Positions 52,341-64,000 of a stretch of 64,000 bases of DNA are shown piece by piece (the first letter of the stretch is position 1; every line of letters starts with the position of its first letter). The notes below the pieces were generated by a model, which saw only the letters and a program-made list of their open reading frames with translations, was not told the DNA's origin and did not search any database. Source of the stretch: Octopus vulgaris (Eukaryota); contig OX597833.1 of assembly GCA_951406725.2 (NCBI GenBank), forward strand, positions 30,876,001 to 30,940,000. Direction: 5' to 3'. The position numbers were made by a program, and so were the translations under genes.

Positions 52341-54891
52341 TCTCTATATATATAAAACTGAGAATGTGTGTTTGTCTGTGTGTTTCCCTAAAACTTGAGA
52401 ATTACTCAACCAATTTCATTCAAATTTTACACATGCTTTACTTAGGGTCCGGGGAGTGTCATCGGCAAAAAAAATTTTTAACTTTTTGCCTAGGGTGAGC
52501 CCACAGAAATATCATATTGTTGCGCCACCGCCACTCAGGACCCTAGGCCTTTCGATTCCACCACGGGCCCTAAGTCGCGACAACAACGCTCAGCAAACTG
52601 GAAATCCACCACGGAAGCGGGGGAAGGCGGCGACGACGCAGCCAGAAACCAACACAACAACAAAGAAAGAGACATAGCAGGCGCAGGTTGCGTAATTTAA
52701 CAATTTTTTTCAAAACAAAATCAAAACATTCCAAAACAAAGGTTGACAAATAATATACAGAGTTCGAAAAACAATCAAATGCATTTAAACATAATACAGA
52801 GTTCGAAAAACACAAATCATTCAACATTTGACTCAATACAAAGTTCAAAATCAACAGTCTCCAAGTTCTCTTTTTTTTCTTCCTTTTCTTTTCTTTTGAA
52901 AATAGCCCACAACACGTTTTTTTTTCCTCATTTCTTTCTCCTTCTTTTTCAGACATTTAAACATCGAAATTCAAAACACAAATAAACACATTACCGCATG
53001 TTCCTTGCCTGCAACACTCCCTGAATCATCACAAAAACTCCCACTATATCAGACCGAGTTCAAAATGTCTCTCACTGTCATTTTCCTTACTTACTTCTTC
53101 TCGCTTGTCATCTCTCACATTCACTGTCTGTCTTTCTCCAGACCACGCTTGTCATTTTTGTCATTGCTTCTTGCCGACTCCACCATCTCCATCTCACTCC
53201 CTTATCCACTCCGCTCACACTTCTGGCTAGCTGGCTGTCCCGCGCCGACTGACCAACTAACTTAATGTCACTCGTATATATAACGTTGTCACAGCATTTT
53301 TATTTTTAACTTTTTGCCTAGGGCGAGCCCACAGCAATATCATATCTTCTCCACTACAATTCCCTAAAACTTGAGAACTACACAACCAATTTCATTCAAA
53401 TTTTACACATGCCTTACTTAGGGTCCATGTAGTTTCATGGGCAAAAAAATGTTCAACTTCTTGCCTAGGGCGAGCCCATAGCAATATCATATCTTCTCCA
53501 CTATTTCAGTATTACGTGTTAAAAGTGAAACAAAAACATTTCTCTATTTTATGTCAGATACTTTCACTTTAACAATAAAAATTAGAGATAATAGTGACAA
53601 TTGAATTATATGTAGTAAGTAATAATTAAAATCAAACTAAAATATAATATAATCGTAACATAACAAAAGTAAAAATAGCAATTGGTATAAAATTGCATCA
53701 ATGACTTGAACTTGAATAAGTGGTTTCACATGAATGGAAATAAATTAAAAATAAAATTAGCGTGCAGAAATGGAATAGTCCAGATGGAGGTGTGCACATA
53801 CCGACATACCGTTTATCCCGGCTTTTACATTAGATTATCTGCTAATTAGCTAGCATTAAGTATCTATATGAAGTTTGGCTGTATGTAATGTCTGTTTTCT
53901 CGAACAGCCGCTTCTACTGAGTACTGCTGTTGGTTTATTTCTAATACATAAAAGACTATAGCTTCAACTGCGTACTGCTTTTTGATTCACCGTAAGGTTT
54001 GTTGTTATTGTTATTACTGTTTAACTATTGTTATCACATTTATTGGTTCCTCGCTGTTGTGCTGCATTTGTTAAATAATTGTAAACTGTAACCTTCTCCC
54101 TTTGGAAGAAGGAGCTTTGGTTATTGTTTAAAAATTGAATTGTGTCCCTGTTTGGGGAAATTGACAATATTTTCACTGTTTACACGGAAGCATTTTTGTT
54201 AGAATGCCTTCGATAGAAGAAAGTCCAAAAATGAATTTCGCTGCAGCTGTCGGCGGGCTGAACTCATTAAAATTAAAATGGAAGAAATACAAACCTATTT
54301 TGGATTGATCACCAACAAAGACGGTAAATCTAGGATAACACCACCAAACGAAATAAAAAATGAAATTAAAGAAAAAACTATTGTCTATAAAGTATACAAT
54401 GTAAAGAAAAAAAAAAGATTTGAATACCTGGAGGAAAGCACCATTGAAAAGTGTCTTGGTGCGACTATGAAAGATATCTAACCAGAGGCGGTAAATTCGC
54501 CACAATAGAAGCAAAGTTCGAGTCAACAGAGTGTGCAAGGGAGTACTCGACTCGAACCTTGCAAAGTGGAAATATTTAATTTTTACCTTTATATCTGGGA
54601 CGTAGGACGTCCTGGATAAAAATTTAAAATGTCCCCCCAGAAGTAGAGGTAGGCTGGATTGTAGCCACACTTCTATACAAGAGGGAGGACAAGATACAAT
54701 TGATCGAAATTGCAAGAGACGGGCCTACAATTCCAGTCTGTTATATATTTTGAGTATTATTATCACTAGCGATATCAAGATATAACTTTGTATTTTATAT
54801 GTAGATGTATATATATAGATGTACATGTAATTTGTACACATATATACATGCACTAGCACTATGACCCGGCAACGACGGGTCATAATGCTAG
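52341..54891 (+). mobile_element. 2.55 kb non-autonomous Helitron with captured segments
   Basis: a|TCTCTATATAT start; atgacccg-gcaacga-cgggtcat hairpin, then CTAG|t. It interrupts a minisatellite. Confidence 0.85.
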
Positions 54892-55290
54892 TATCTACTA
54901 ATCCTCTAACACATCAACTAACCTTCAACCTATCTGTTAACCCTCCAACATGTTTACTAACCTTCCAACATGTCTACTAACCATCTAACTTATCTAGCAT
55001 AACTACTGATCCAATAACAGATCTGTTACCCCCACCCCACACTACCCCATATATCTATCAACTCTCCAACATATCTACTAACCCTCTATTATATCTAATA
55101 ACCATCCAGTATACCTACTAAACCTCCAGCATAGCTACTACCCCACTAGCAGGTTTGCTAACCTCCCCAACAGATCTACCAACCCAACATATTTACTAAT
55201 CCTCTAACATATCAACTAATCCTCTAACATACTGGATTTAATTCTCCAGTACATGGCAAATCTATTCATTCTCCAACATATATCAACATC
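54892..55290. repeat. Diverged ~19 bp minisatellite (ctccaacatatctactaac), continuing 52220-52340
   Basis: Visible on both sides of the Helitron. Confidence 0.75.
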
Positions 55291-56383
55291 ACATCTGCTT
55301 TTCCTTTCTGGCATGAGTTGGACAGATGCTCTTCCTATGTCAATCCTTTTAGGCCTATTTTCAACATGCAGGAATATGGTTTACCTATTCTAAAAACCAG
55401 TATACGCATATACCTTTCAACATATATCCTCCAGTATACAGTATCTGTTAATCCTCCTACATGCCTGATTCTGTATTAATTTGTCTTTATTTACACACTC
55501 TGTCTTACCTTAATTCCTAATTACTTTAAAATGATATAGGTTTAACATTAAAGTGATACTTAGAAAAAGCATGAAATTTAAATTTAGATAACTTTAAAAA
55601 CAGAGTTAGTATGTTAGCTTGAAAGGTGGTCGTGGGCAAGTTGGTATCAAAAAGGTTATTGTAGCTTCAGACTGGCCAGCTTAGCAATATGGTCTTAACA
55701 ACTGTATCAACATACTTCACACTCCCTTGTCAACAGTCCTTTACTTACTAGATGTTGTGTAACAACTTGACTTCATATGGTAATGGTTGTTGGAACTTAC
55801 AACCCTTGGTAAACAAAAAACAGCTTCATTTGACTTGCTGATGTATGTAAAAAGGATATGATCATTTACTCTATATGGTGGAATATAAGATTATTTTTTC
55901 CCCAAACAATTACATCAAGGTTGTTGGGCTTGCATTCGATGAAAGTTTTTTGGTTGGAATGTTCCCCCGGTTTTCTTTGTGTTGGAAGATATTAATGTAT
56001 TCAATATCAGAAAAATTTATCTCAAGCCAGCCTTTATTCTGGATGTGTGTGTGTGTTTTTCATGTAGTTGCTGGCTCAATGACAGTACATACACCAACTT
56101 CTGCACAAGGCCTTTAACATCTCTTATGCTGACCATATATCAAACAAGTCACTATATGGATCTTTAGCACCTGTCAGCCAGACAATCAAACATCATCGTT
56201 GTCGTCATCATTTAATGTCCATGTTGCATGCTGGCATGGGTTGCATTCTTTGACAGTAACTGCTGTATCCAAGGACTGTATTGACTACAATGTCTGCTTT
56301 GGCATGCTTTTTATGGCTGGAAGCCCTTCCTAATGTCAACAAAAACAGCTAATATTCACCGGACACTGTGAATTGTATTATAT

Positions 56384-56992
56384 ACATATTAGAGGGAAAC
56401 CACTATGTGGACACCCTTATGCTAGAAATAGATCCGCTATGGTCTTACTACCAAGAAATGTTCTGAATTTTACTGAGCCTTCAGTTTTTTTATATGCTAG
56501 ACCACTGGTGTGAAATCGATGTTAATTAAATTAATATCTAATTTCTCACCCTCATTTTAAATTTAAATTAATACATTCTCTAACCGGCAAAGGCCACTGC
56601 AGTAAAGTATTATCTGCAGCATCAGTTTTTCCGGTAATTTAGCGCACCAAAACGAGGACATTTGAAATAGTAACCACGAGTGTAATGGGTAGGACTGTTT
56701 TACAAGTTTGACTTTGTGCGGACGTCCTAGTATGCAGACCTGCAAATTATATTCATCTGGACGGTCGCACCGATGATCTATGGACATTTATGTAAGTAAA
56801 ATTACATAATATGTTAATAGTGAAACATGTATGTGAATAATCCATATTTTTATTGCTTTTTCTTTTGTCTTGCTCAATTACGCTTTGGTTGTTTTGCTAA
56901 ATTTTTATTGAGAACATTTCTTAGTGGTAAGACCATAGCGGATCTATTTCTAGCATAAGGGTGTCTACATAGTGGTTTCCCTCTAATATATA
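56384..56992. repeat. ~600 bp element with ~85 bp terminal inverted arms
   Basis: attagagggaaaccactatgt..gctagaaatagatccgctatggtcttac versus its reverse complement at 56907-56990. Confidence 0.85.
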
Positions 56993-57012
56993 TATATATA
57001 TACACACACACG

Positions 57013-58517
57013 AACACATAAGAGGTGCAGCAATATCAAAGGGAGGCTAACTGGGAAGATAGTTTTTGTATGTGGCAAATGCTCAGGTGCTATAAACACT
57101 GAAAATGCGCTGAGACCAACTTCCGCCACATTCCAGGGAGGAAAACTAGAAGTAGTTGATAGCTTCTGTTACCTAGGGGACCAAGTCAGTAGCGGGAGTG
57201 GATGCTCTGAAAGTGTAGCTGCTAGAATAAGAATAGCCTGAGCAAAGTTCAGAGAGCTCCTATCTCTGCTGGTGACAAAGGGCCTCTCGCTCTGAGTAAA
57301 AGGTAGACTGTATGACGAATGTGTACGAACAGCCATGCTACATGGCAGGGAAACATGGGCCATGACTGCTGAGGACATGCATAAGCTTGCAAGGAATGAA
57401 GCCGGTATGCTCCGCTAGATGTGTAACGTCAGTGTGCATACACGACACAGTTTAAGTGCCCTTAGAGAAAAGTTGGGTTTAAGAAGCATCAGATGTGGCA
57501 TGCATTAGAGACTACTGTGCTGGTATAGTCATGTGTTGCGAGTGAATGAGGACAGTTGTGTGAAAAAATGCCACAACCTAAAAGTTGAGGGAATCTGTGG
57601 AAGACATAGACCCAGGAAAACCTGGTATGAGATAGTGAAGCATGACTTTTGAACATTGGGCTTTACAGAGGCAATGACTAGTGACCAAGACCTTTGGAGA
57701 TATGCTGTGCTTGAGAAGATCTGACAAGCCAAGTGAGACCATAGCCCATGGCCTATGCCAGTGGGTATAACCATCCCACTTATGGATACCCCTCATCCAT
57801 TGGACAATAAACTTTACTTCTGAAGACCTATTGAGGCTAGTGAAATGAAAATCAAAATTGCTGACATGGCCGATGACAGTACCGCCTGATTGGCCCTTGT
57901 GCCAGTGGAATGTTAAAAGCACATGCGAACATGGGGCATAACCAGCCCACTTATGAGTACCCCTCATTCATCGGAGAATGAACTTTGCTTGCGAAGACCT
58001 ATTGAGGCAAGTGTAAACAAATTAAAATTGCTGATGTGGCCAATGACAGTACCACTTGATTGGCACTCATGCCAGTGGAATGTTAACAGCACATCCGAGT
58101 TGATCATTGCCAGGTCCATGGATTGGCTCCCGTGCCGGTGACACATGTAAAGCACCATTCAAGCATAATTGTTGCTGGCGTAGCCTTACCGGCACATGTG
58201 CCTGTGGCATGTGAAAAACAACATTTGATCATGGTCGTTGCCAGTGCCGCCGGACTGGCTCCTGTGCAGGTAGCACATAAAAACATCTTTTGAGCATGGT
58301 CGTTGCCAGAACCGCTTGACTGGCCCTCATGCCGGTGGCACGTAAAAGCACCCACTACACTCTCAGAGTGATTGGATTTAGGAAGGGCATCCAGCTGTAG
58401 AAACTCTGCCAGATCAGATTAATCCTGGTGCAGCCTCTAGCTCACCAGACCTCAGTCAAACCGTCCAACCCATGCCAGCATGGAGAGCAGACGTTAAACG
58501 ATGATGATGATGATGAT
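57013..58517 (+). mobile_element. 5'-truncated decayed RTE LINE
   Basis: KLEVVDSF.YLGDQVS region with multiple stops, repeated 3' UTR, (GAT)n tail. Confidence 0.92.
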
Positions 58518-58557
58518 ACATATTTATATATATAATTCTTGTTCCACTTGATTTCAG

Positions 58558-58718
58558 ATATCCTGTTGTATTACAGAACTTTTCTTTAAGTCCTGGGACT
58601 GGAGGAGCTGGAAAATTCAGAGGTGGCGATGGCATCACAAGAGAACTTTTATTCCGCAAAGACATTCAGGTGTCAGTTCTGACTGAAAGGCGAGTTTACC
58701 ACCCCTATGGACTGAAAG
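58558..58718 (+). CDS. OPLAH: 5-oxoprolinase exon ([10 protein letters not shown]...[12 protein letters not shown]...[15 protein letters not shown])
   Basis: tttcag|...|gtttgt boundaries; 161 nt with phases compatible on both sides. Confidence 0.97.
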
Positions 58719-59454
58719 GTTTGTAACTTTTTATTAAGTTCGATAGACAGTCAGTTCAGATCCTGTTACATTGAATCTCCTCAAATGAACATCAGGACTG
58801 ACTTGGGGTTAAATAACATCATTACTTTGCTAACATGTTGAACTTTAGAAATGAGCAATGGAAATCTGATTGACTTCATCATCATTTTTCATTTTTGCCT
58901 TAATGTCCAATGTTTCTATGCTAGAATAGGTTGGACAAGATTTTGAGGAAGTTGGCTTATATCTTGTTTGTCATCAAGTCTTTGTTGTTTCCTAAAGTGC
59001 TTACACCCCTCTTCTTTCACTCAGTGAACCACAGACCAGCCATACCTGTTTGCATGGCAGGCATATAACTATTGACATTACCTATGCATTAAATAATGTG
59101 ATCTTGTGTACACTGTTTCAATAACACACAGGATTGTCATGGCTATAACATCTTTGGTCATAGGTCTGCCCAATCATTTGGTCTTTATCACAAGACTGAT
59201 GCACTGCCTATAGTTGCTCGACTTGCTAGAATTAACAACTAAATCTCCCTCAAATTATATTTGACCCCCTAAAAAAGAGAGGTCTGCATTCCATAATAAA
59301 CTCCTAAAATAAACACGGTGTCTGTTAAAAAAAATGACCAGATGATCGTGGCCAGAATGCCCTGCTCAGTCAGGGATGTTACATAGGTGTAAACAATTTT
59401 TATTTTTAGCAAGTTTCTTTCTTTCAATGTTAATTATTGCATATCTCATTACAG

Positions 59455-59552
59455 GAGGTCAGCCAGGTCAGCGAGGAAGTAACTTATTGTTTTATAAAGA
59501 TGGTCGAGTTGTAAATCTTGGTGGCAAGACATCTGTCCATGTGACAGCAGGA
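59455..59552 (+). CDS. OPLAH: 5-oxoprolinase exon ([33 protein letters not shown])
   Basis: ttacag|...|gtaagt boundaries; VNLGGKTSV motif. The final TPGGGG-containing exon was not seen in the window. Confidence 0.95.
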
Positions 59553-59674
59553 GTAAGTCATATGTTTTTAGTTTGTTTTAGCTATGCTGGACCACCACTT
59601 TTAGAACTTATTGTTCTTTTTTGTGTGTGTGTGTGTGTGTGTGCTTGTATATCCCTAGTGGGGAAGCTAGTGTT

Positions 59675-61655
59675 CATCATCATCATCGTTTAACATCCGC
59701 TTTCCATGCTAGCATGGGTTGGACGATTTGACTGAGGGCTGGCGAACCAGATGGCTGCATCAGGCTTCAACCTTGATCTGGCAGAGTTTCTACAGCTGGA
59801 TGCCCTTCCTAATGCCAACCACTCCGAGAGTGTAGTGGGTGCTTTTACATGCCACTGGCACGGGGCCAGTCAGGTGGTACTGGCAACGACCTCGCTCGAA
59901 TCATTTACACATGCCACCGGCACAGGTGCCAGTAAGGTGATGCCTGTAACATCACGCTCGACTGGTGTCTTTTATGTGCCACCAGCACGGAGGCCAGATA
60001 GCCGCTCTGGCAACAATCATGCTCGGATGGTGCTCTTAATACCCTACTAGCACGGGGCTCAAGTGCCAGTTAGGCAACGCTGGTAATGATCACACTCAAA
60101 TGGTGCCTTTTAAGTGCCACTGGCACGGAAGCTGGTTAGCCACTCTGTCAGTGATCACACTCGTATGGTGCTATTTGCACCCTGCTAGCACGGACGCCAG
60201 TCATTGAATTTCATTTTGATTTCACTTGTGTCAACAGATCTTCGCAAGCAGCGTTTTAGTGTCCAAAGAAGGAAAAGGTACACATAAGTGTGCTGATTAC
60301 GCCCCTGGCATAGGCCACAAGATTATGGTCTTATTTGGCTGGTCGAGTCTTCTCACGCACGGCATATTTCCAAAAGTCTCAGTCACTAGTCATTTCCTTG
60401 GTAGGGCCTAAAGTTCAAAGGTTGTGCTTCACCACTTCATCCCCGGTCTTCCTGGGTCTACCTCTTCCACAGGTTCCCTCAACCGCTAGGGTGTGGCACT
60501 TTTTCACACAGCTATCCTCATCCATTCTCGTCACATGACCATACCAGTGCAGTCATCTCTTTTGCACACTACATCTGATGCTTCTTAGGTCCAACATTTC
60601 TCTCAAGGTACTTACACTCTGTCGAGTATGCACACTGACATTACACATCCATCAGATCATACTGGCTTCATTCCTTGCGAACTTACGCATGTCCTCAGCA
60701 GTCACAGCCCATGTTTCACTGCCATGTAGCATGGCTGTTCGTACATATGCGTCATACAGTCTACCTTATACTCTGAGTGAGAGGCCCTTTGTCACCAGCA
60801 GAGGTAAGAGCTCTCTGAACTTTGCCCAAGCTATTCTTATTCTAGCAGCTACACTTTCAGTGCACCCTCCCCCGCTACTGACTTGGTCACCTAGGTAACG
60901 GAAGCTATCAACTACTTCTAGTTTTCCTCCCTGGAATGTGGCGGAAGTTGTTCTCTGCGCATTTTCAGTGTTTGTTGCTCCCGAGCATTTGCCACATACA
61001 AAAACTATCTTCCCAGTTCGCCTTCCTTTGATATTACTGCACCTCTTATGTATCCATAGCTTACACTGGGTACATCTTATAGAGTTTCTACCTATACCTC
61101 TACTACAGTTCGAGCAGAGCCATCTACCTGAAGTGATTTGTGGTTTACCTGCCTTCCTACTCTGCATTGGTTTTAGCTAGGTTGACTCTAAGGCCCTTCG
61201 ATTCTAATACTTGTTTCCACACTTGAAACTTCTCCTCTAGTTCTGATAGTGACTCAGCAAATAGAGCAAGGTCATCAGCATAGAGGAGCTCCCAGGGGCA
61301 TCCTGTCTTGAATTTCTCTGTTATTGCCTGGAGGACTATGATAAATAGGAGGGGGCTGAGGACTGAACCCTAGTGGACCCCTACGTCTACCCTGAATTCT
61401 TCAGTGTACTTGTTGCCAACCCTCACCTTACTGACAGCATCCCTGTACATGGCTTGCACAGCTCTCGCTAACCATTCGTCTATCCCTAGTTTCCTCAGTG
61501 ACCGCCAGATAAGGGATCAGGGAACCCTGTCAAAGGCTTTCTCCATGGCAACAAAAGCCAGGTACAGGGGCTTATCTTTGGCTAGGTATTTCTCCTGCAG
61601 CTGTTTCACCAGAAATATAGCATCAGTAGTACTTTTCCCTGGCACGAACCCAAAA
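59675..61655 (-). mobile_element. 5'-truncated RTE LINE
   Basis: (CAT)n tail, RT YADD region, Cys/His finger and C-terminus, with stops. Confidence 0.93.
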
Positions 61656-61745
61656 TGAATTCCTCAATTACAATTCAAATCTAAAATGTTGGGACTATCA
61701 TGATAAACAGAAACTAACTAGAAATGTTGTATATACTGAAGTTGT

Positions 61746-63400
61746 CATCATCATCGTTTAACGTCCATTTCCATGCTGGCATGGGTTGGACTGTTTGACT
61801 GGGGTCTGGGAAGCCAGGAGGCTGCACCAGGCCCCAATCTGGTCTGGCAGTGTTTCTACAGCTGGATGCACTTCCTAACGCCAACCACTCCGACAGTGTA
61901 GTGGGTGCTTTTTACATGCCACTGGTACGGGCCAGAGGAACTGGAATCAACCACAATCAGATGGTGCATTTTACGTGCCAATGGCACGGAAGCCAGTCAA
62001 AGCAGCAGACATCAGCCACATTTGGATGGTGTTTTTTACGTGCTACCGGCACGGGGCTCACAACTATAATTTCCATTTGATTTGATGTTGATGTACTTGA
62101 CTCAATAGGTCTCCTCACGCATGGCATGTCACCCTACGATCCAAGGTACTTTTGAGTGGGCTGGTTATGCGGCACACGTGTAGGTTGCTGCTGTGGACTC
62201 ACTTTATTTGCTGGGTCTTCTCAGTTACAGCATACCTCCAGAGGTCTCGATCTTTTGACATTGACTCTGTGAGGCCCAATGTTCGAAGGTCATGTTTCGC
62301 CACCTCATCCCATGTCTTCCTGGGTCTCCCTCTACTCTGGATTCCTTCCACTGTTTGGGAGTGACACTTCTTCACATAGCTCTCCTCATCCATCCTCAGT
62401 ACATGACCATACCAACACAAATGTCTCTCTTGCACGACACATCTGATGCTTCTTATGTCTAACATTTTTCTCAGGGTGCTTACGCTCTGTCATGTGTGCA
62501 CACTGACATTACACATCCAGCGGATCATGTTAGCTTAATTTCTTTCAAGCCTACGCATGTCTTTAGCAGTCACGGCCCATGTTTCACTGCTGTGAAGCAT
62601 GGCAGTTCGCACACATACATCATACAACCTACTTTTCACTCTGAGTGAGAGGCCCTTTGTCACCAGTAGGGGTAGAAGCTTTCTGAATTTTACCCAGGCT
62701 ATTCTTATTCTAGTGGTAATACTCTGAGCATCCACCCCCACTACAGACTTGGTCACCTAGGTAGCGGAAGCTATCAACTACTTCTAGGTTCTTCCCCTGG
62801 TATGTGATGGAGTCTGTTTTCTGAATATCTGTGGTAGGCAGAGATAATTCTAGCTGTGCTATTCTGCAGGACTAGCCTGAGCTTAAGCACTCTATTGCAT
62901 ACCCTGACAACCTCTATGACCTTATCCACTCATTTCTCCACAAGGAGTATGCCTACACCCCCTACTCCATCCATGTTACCTTGCCAGAAGACTATACCTA
63001 TGTGCCTTGCCTGTGAGGACCCTAGCTGAAGCTCCTCTCCATCTTACCTCTTGTATGCAGCATACACCAACCCGTCTCCTTTCAAGCATCTCTACAATCT
63101 CACTAGACCTACCTTTCAGTGTGGCTACATTGACAGTGCCAACTCTGAGAACTGGGAAGGGAATGTGGGGTGAGGCTTAGCAAGGAGAGATGTTATTCAG
63201 CGCCTGAAAAGAAGAGGGGGTTGTCATGTTTGCATTTTAGGCATGCTTCACCTGTTCTCACTTCTGACCTGACAACATTCAAGCGTGTTAAGATTGTTGC
63301 CTCTACTGGAGGTAGTAGCAGGTGTTAGTGGCATTGTAATCATAAGCATTATGGTCTTCGAATAATGTAAATTTAAGTGGTGTAGCAAAATATGGATATT
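61746..63400 (-). mobile_element. Internally deleted RTE LINE lacking the RT core
   Basis: Tail at 61746; C-terminal coding region to about 62835 joined to the endonuclease N-terminus (62840-63150), which is homologous to 31530-31840. Confidence 0.85.
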
Positions 63401-63898
63401 CCAATGTTAGATTAGGTAGGGAGTCAGCTAAAACTGGCTGCGTTTGTCAAGGAAGAGGGGGATTGCAGGTATGATGGTGGGTACCACCAGCTGGAGAGGG
63501 TTCAGACAGAGAGAGAAGAAACAAGCTCATCCCTACATACACACAAGAGCACTCACACACAGGAACAAGCACACATGGACAGCCGAATAGCTTTCTCCAT
63601 CACTTGATAAGGCCAAAGAAAATTCCTGGGTAGTTGATGGCATGTTTCTAGTTGGAACAAAAACAAAATGAAAGATAGCCATCAAGTGATGGAGAAAGCT
63701 ATTCGGCTGTCCATGTGTGCTTGTTCCTGTGTGTGAGTGCTCTTGTGTGTATGTAGGGATGAGCTTGTTTCTTCTCTCTCTGTCTGAACCCTCTCCTGCC
63801 GTTGGTACCCACCATCATACCAGCAATCCCCCTCTTCCTTGACAAACGCAGCCAGTTTTAGCTGACTCCCTACCTAATCTAACATTGGAATATCCATA
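63391..63898. repeat. Inverted repeat, ~218 bp arms, 72 bp spacer
   Basis: tatggatattccaatg...catcacttgat versus atcaagtgatg...cattggaatatccata. Confidence 0.95.
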
Positions 63899-64000
63899 GG
63901 CAGGGAACAGCACCAGTGAGGAGAAGAAATTGAAAGAAGAGACATCTGGTAATGGTGGTGACAGATTTCTGGACAGAACGAAATGTAAGATAGCCAACTA

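Noticed and set aside
52518-53293. Solo LTR
   Set aside because: It has TG...CA ends but no matching 4-6 bp target-site duplication; kept only as possible Helitron cargo.
59553-64000. Terminal OPLAH exon (TPGGGG motif)
   Set aside because: Not found; presumed to lie downstream of the window.

Overview
AT-rich, microsatellite-dense animal genomic DNA; the repeat families suggest octopus or another cephalopod (inferred, not verified). The only supportable host gene is 5-oxoprolinase (OPLAH, + strand): eight C-terminal exons with canonical GT-AG sites that join in frame, while earlier exons and the last exon lie outside the window. The introns are packed with RTE-clade LINEs (one near full-length but disabled), Helitrons, Penelope-like (GIY-YIG) fragments, tRNA-headed SINEs, fold-back palindromes and a 7 kb tandem array. 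The most notable observations are: (i) several type I hammerhead ribozyme motifs, including an apparently intact one inside a 1.4-mer retrozyme/pLTR-like unit and a family with a swapped G3:C8 core pair; (ii) the 7 kb satellite appears to be the expanded 5' monomer array of an ORF-less RTE derivative; (iii) a PHD-type zinc finger sits inside the RTE reverse transcriptase ORF; (iv) inverted RTE copies tightly flank two OPLAH exons. Exon boundaries were read base by base; repeat boundaries are approximate.
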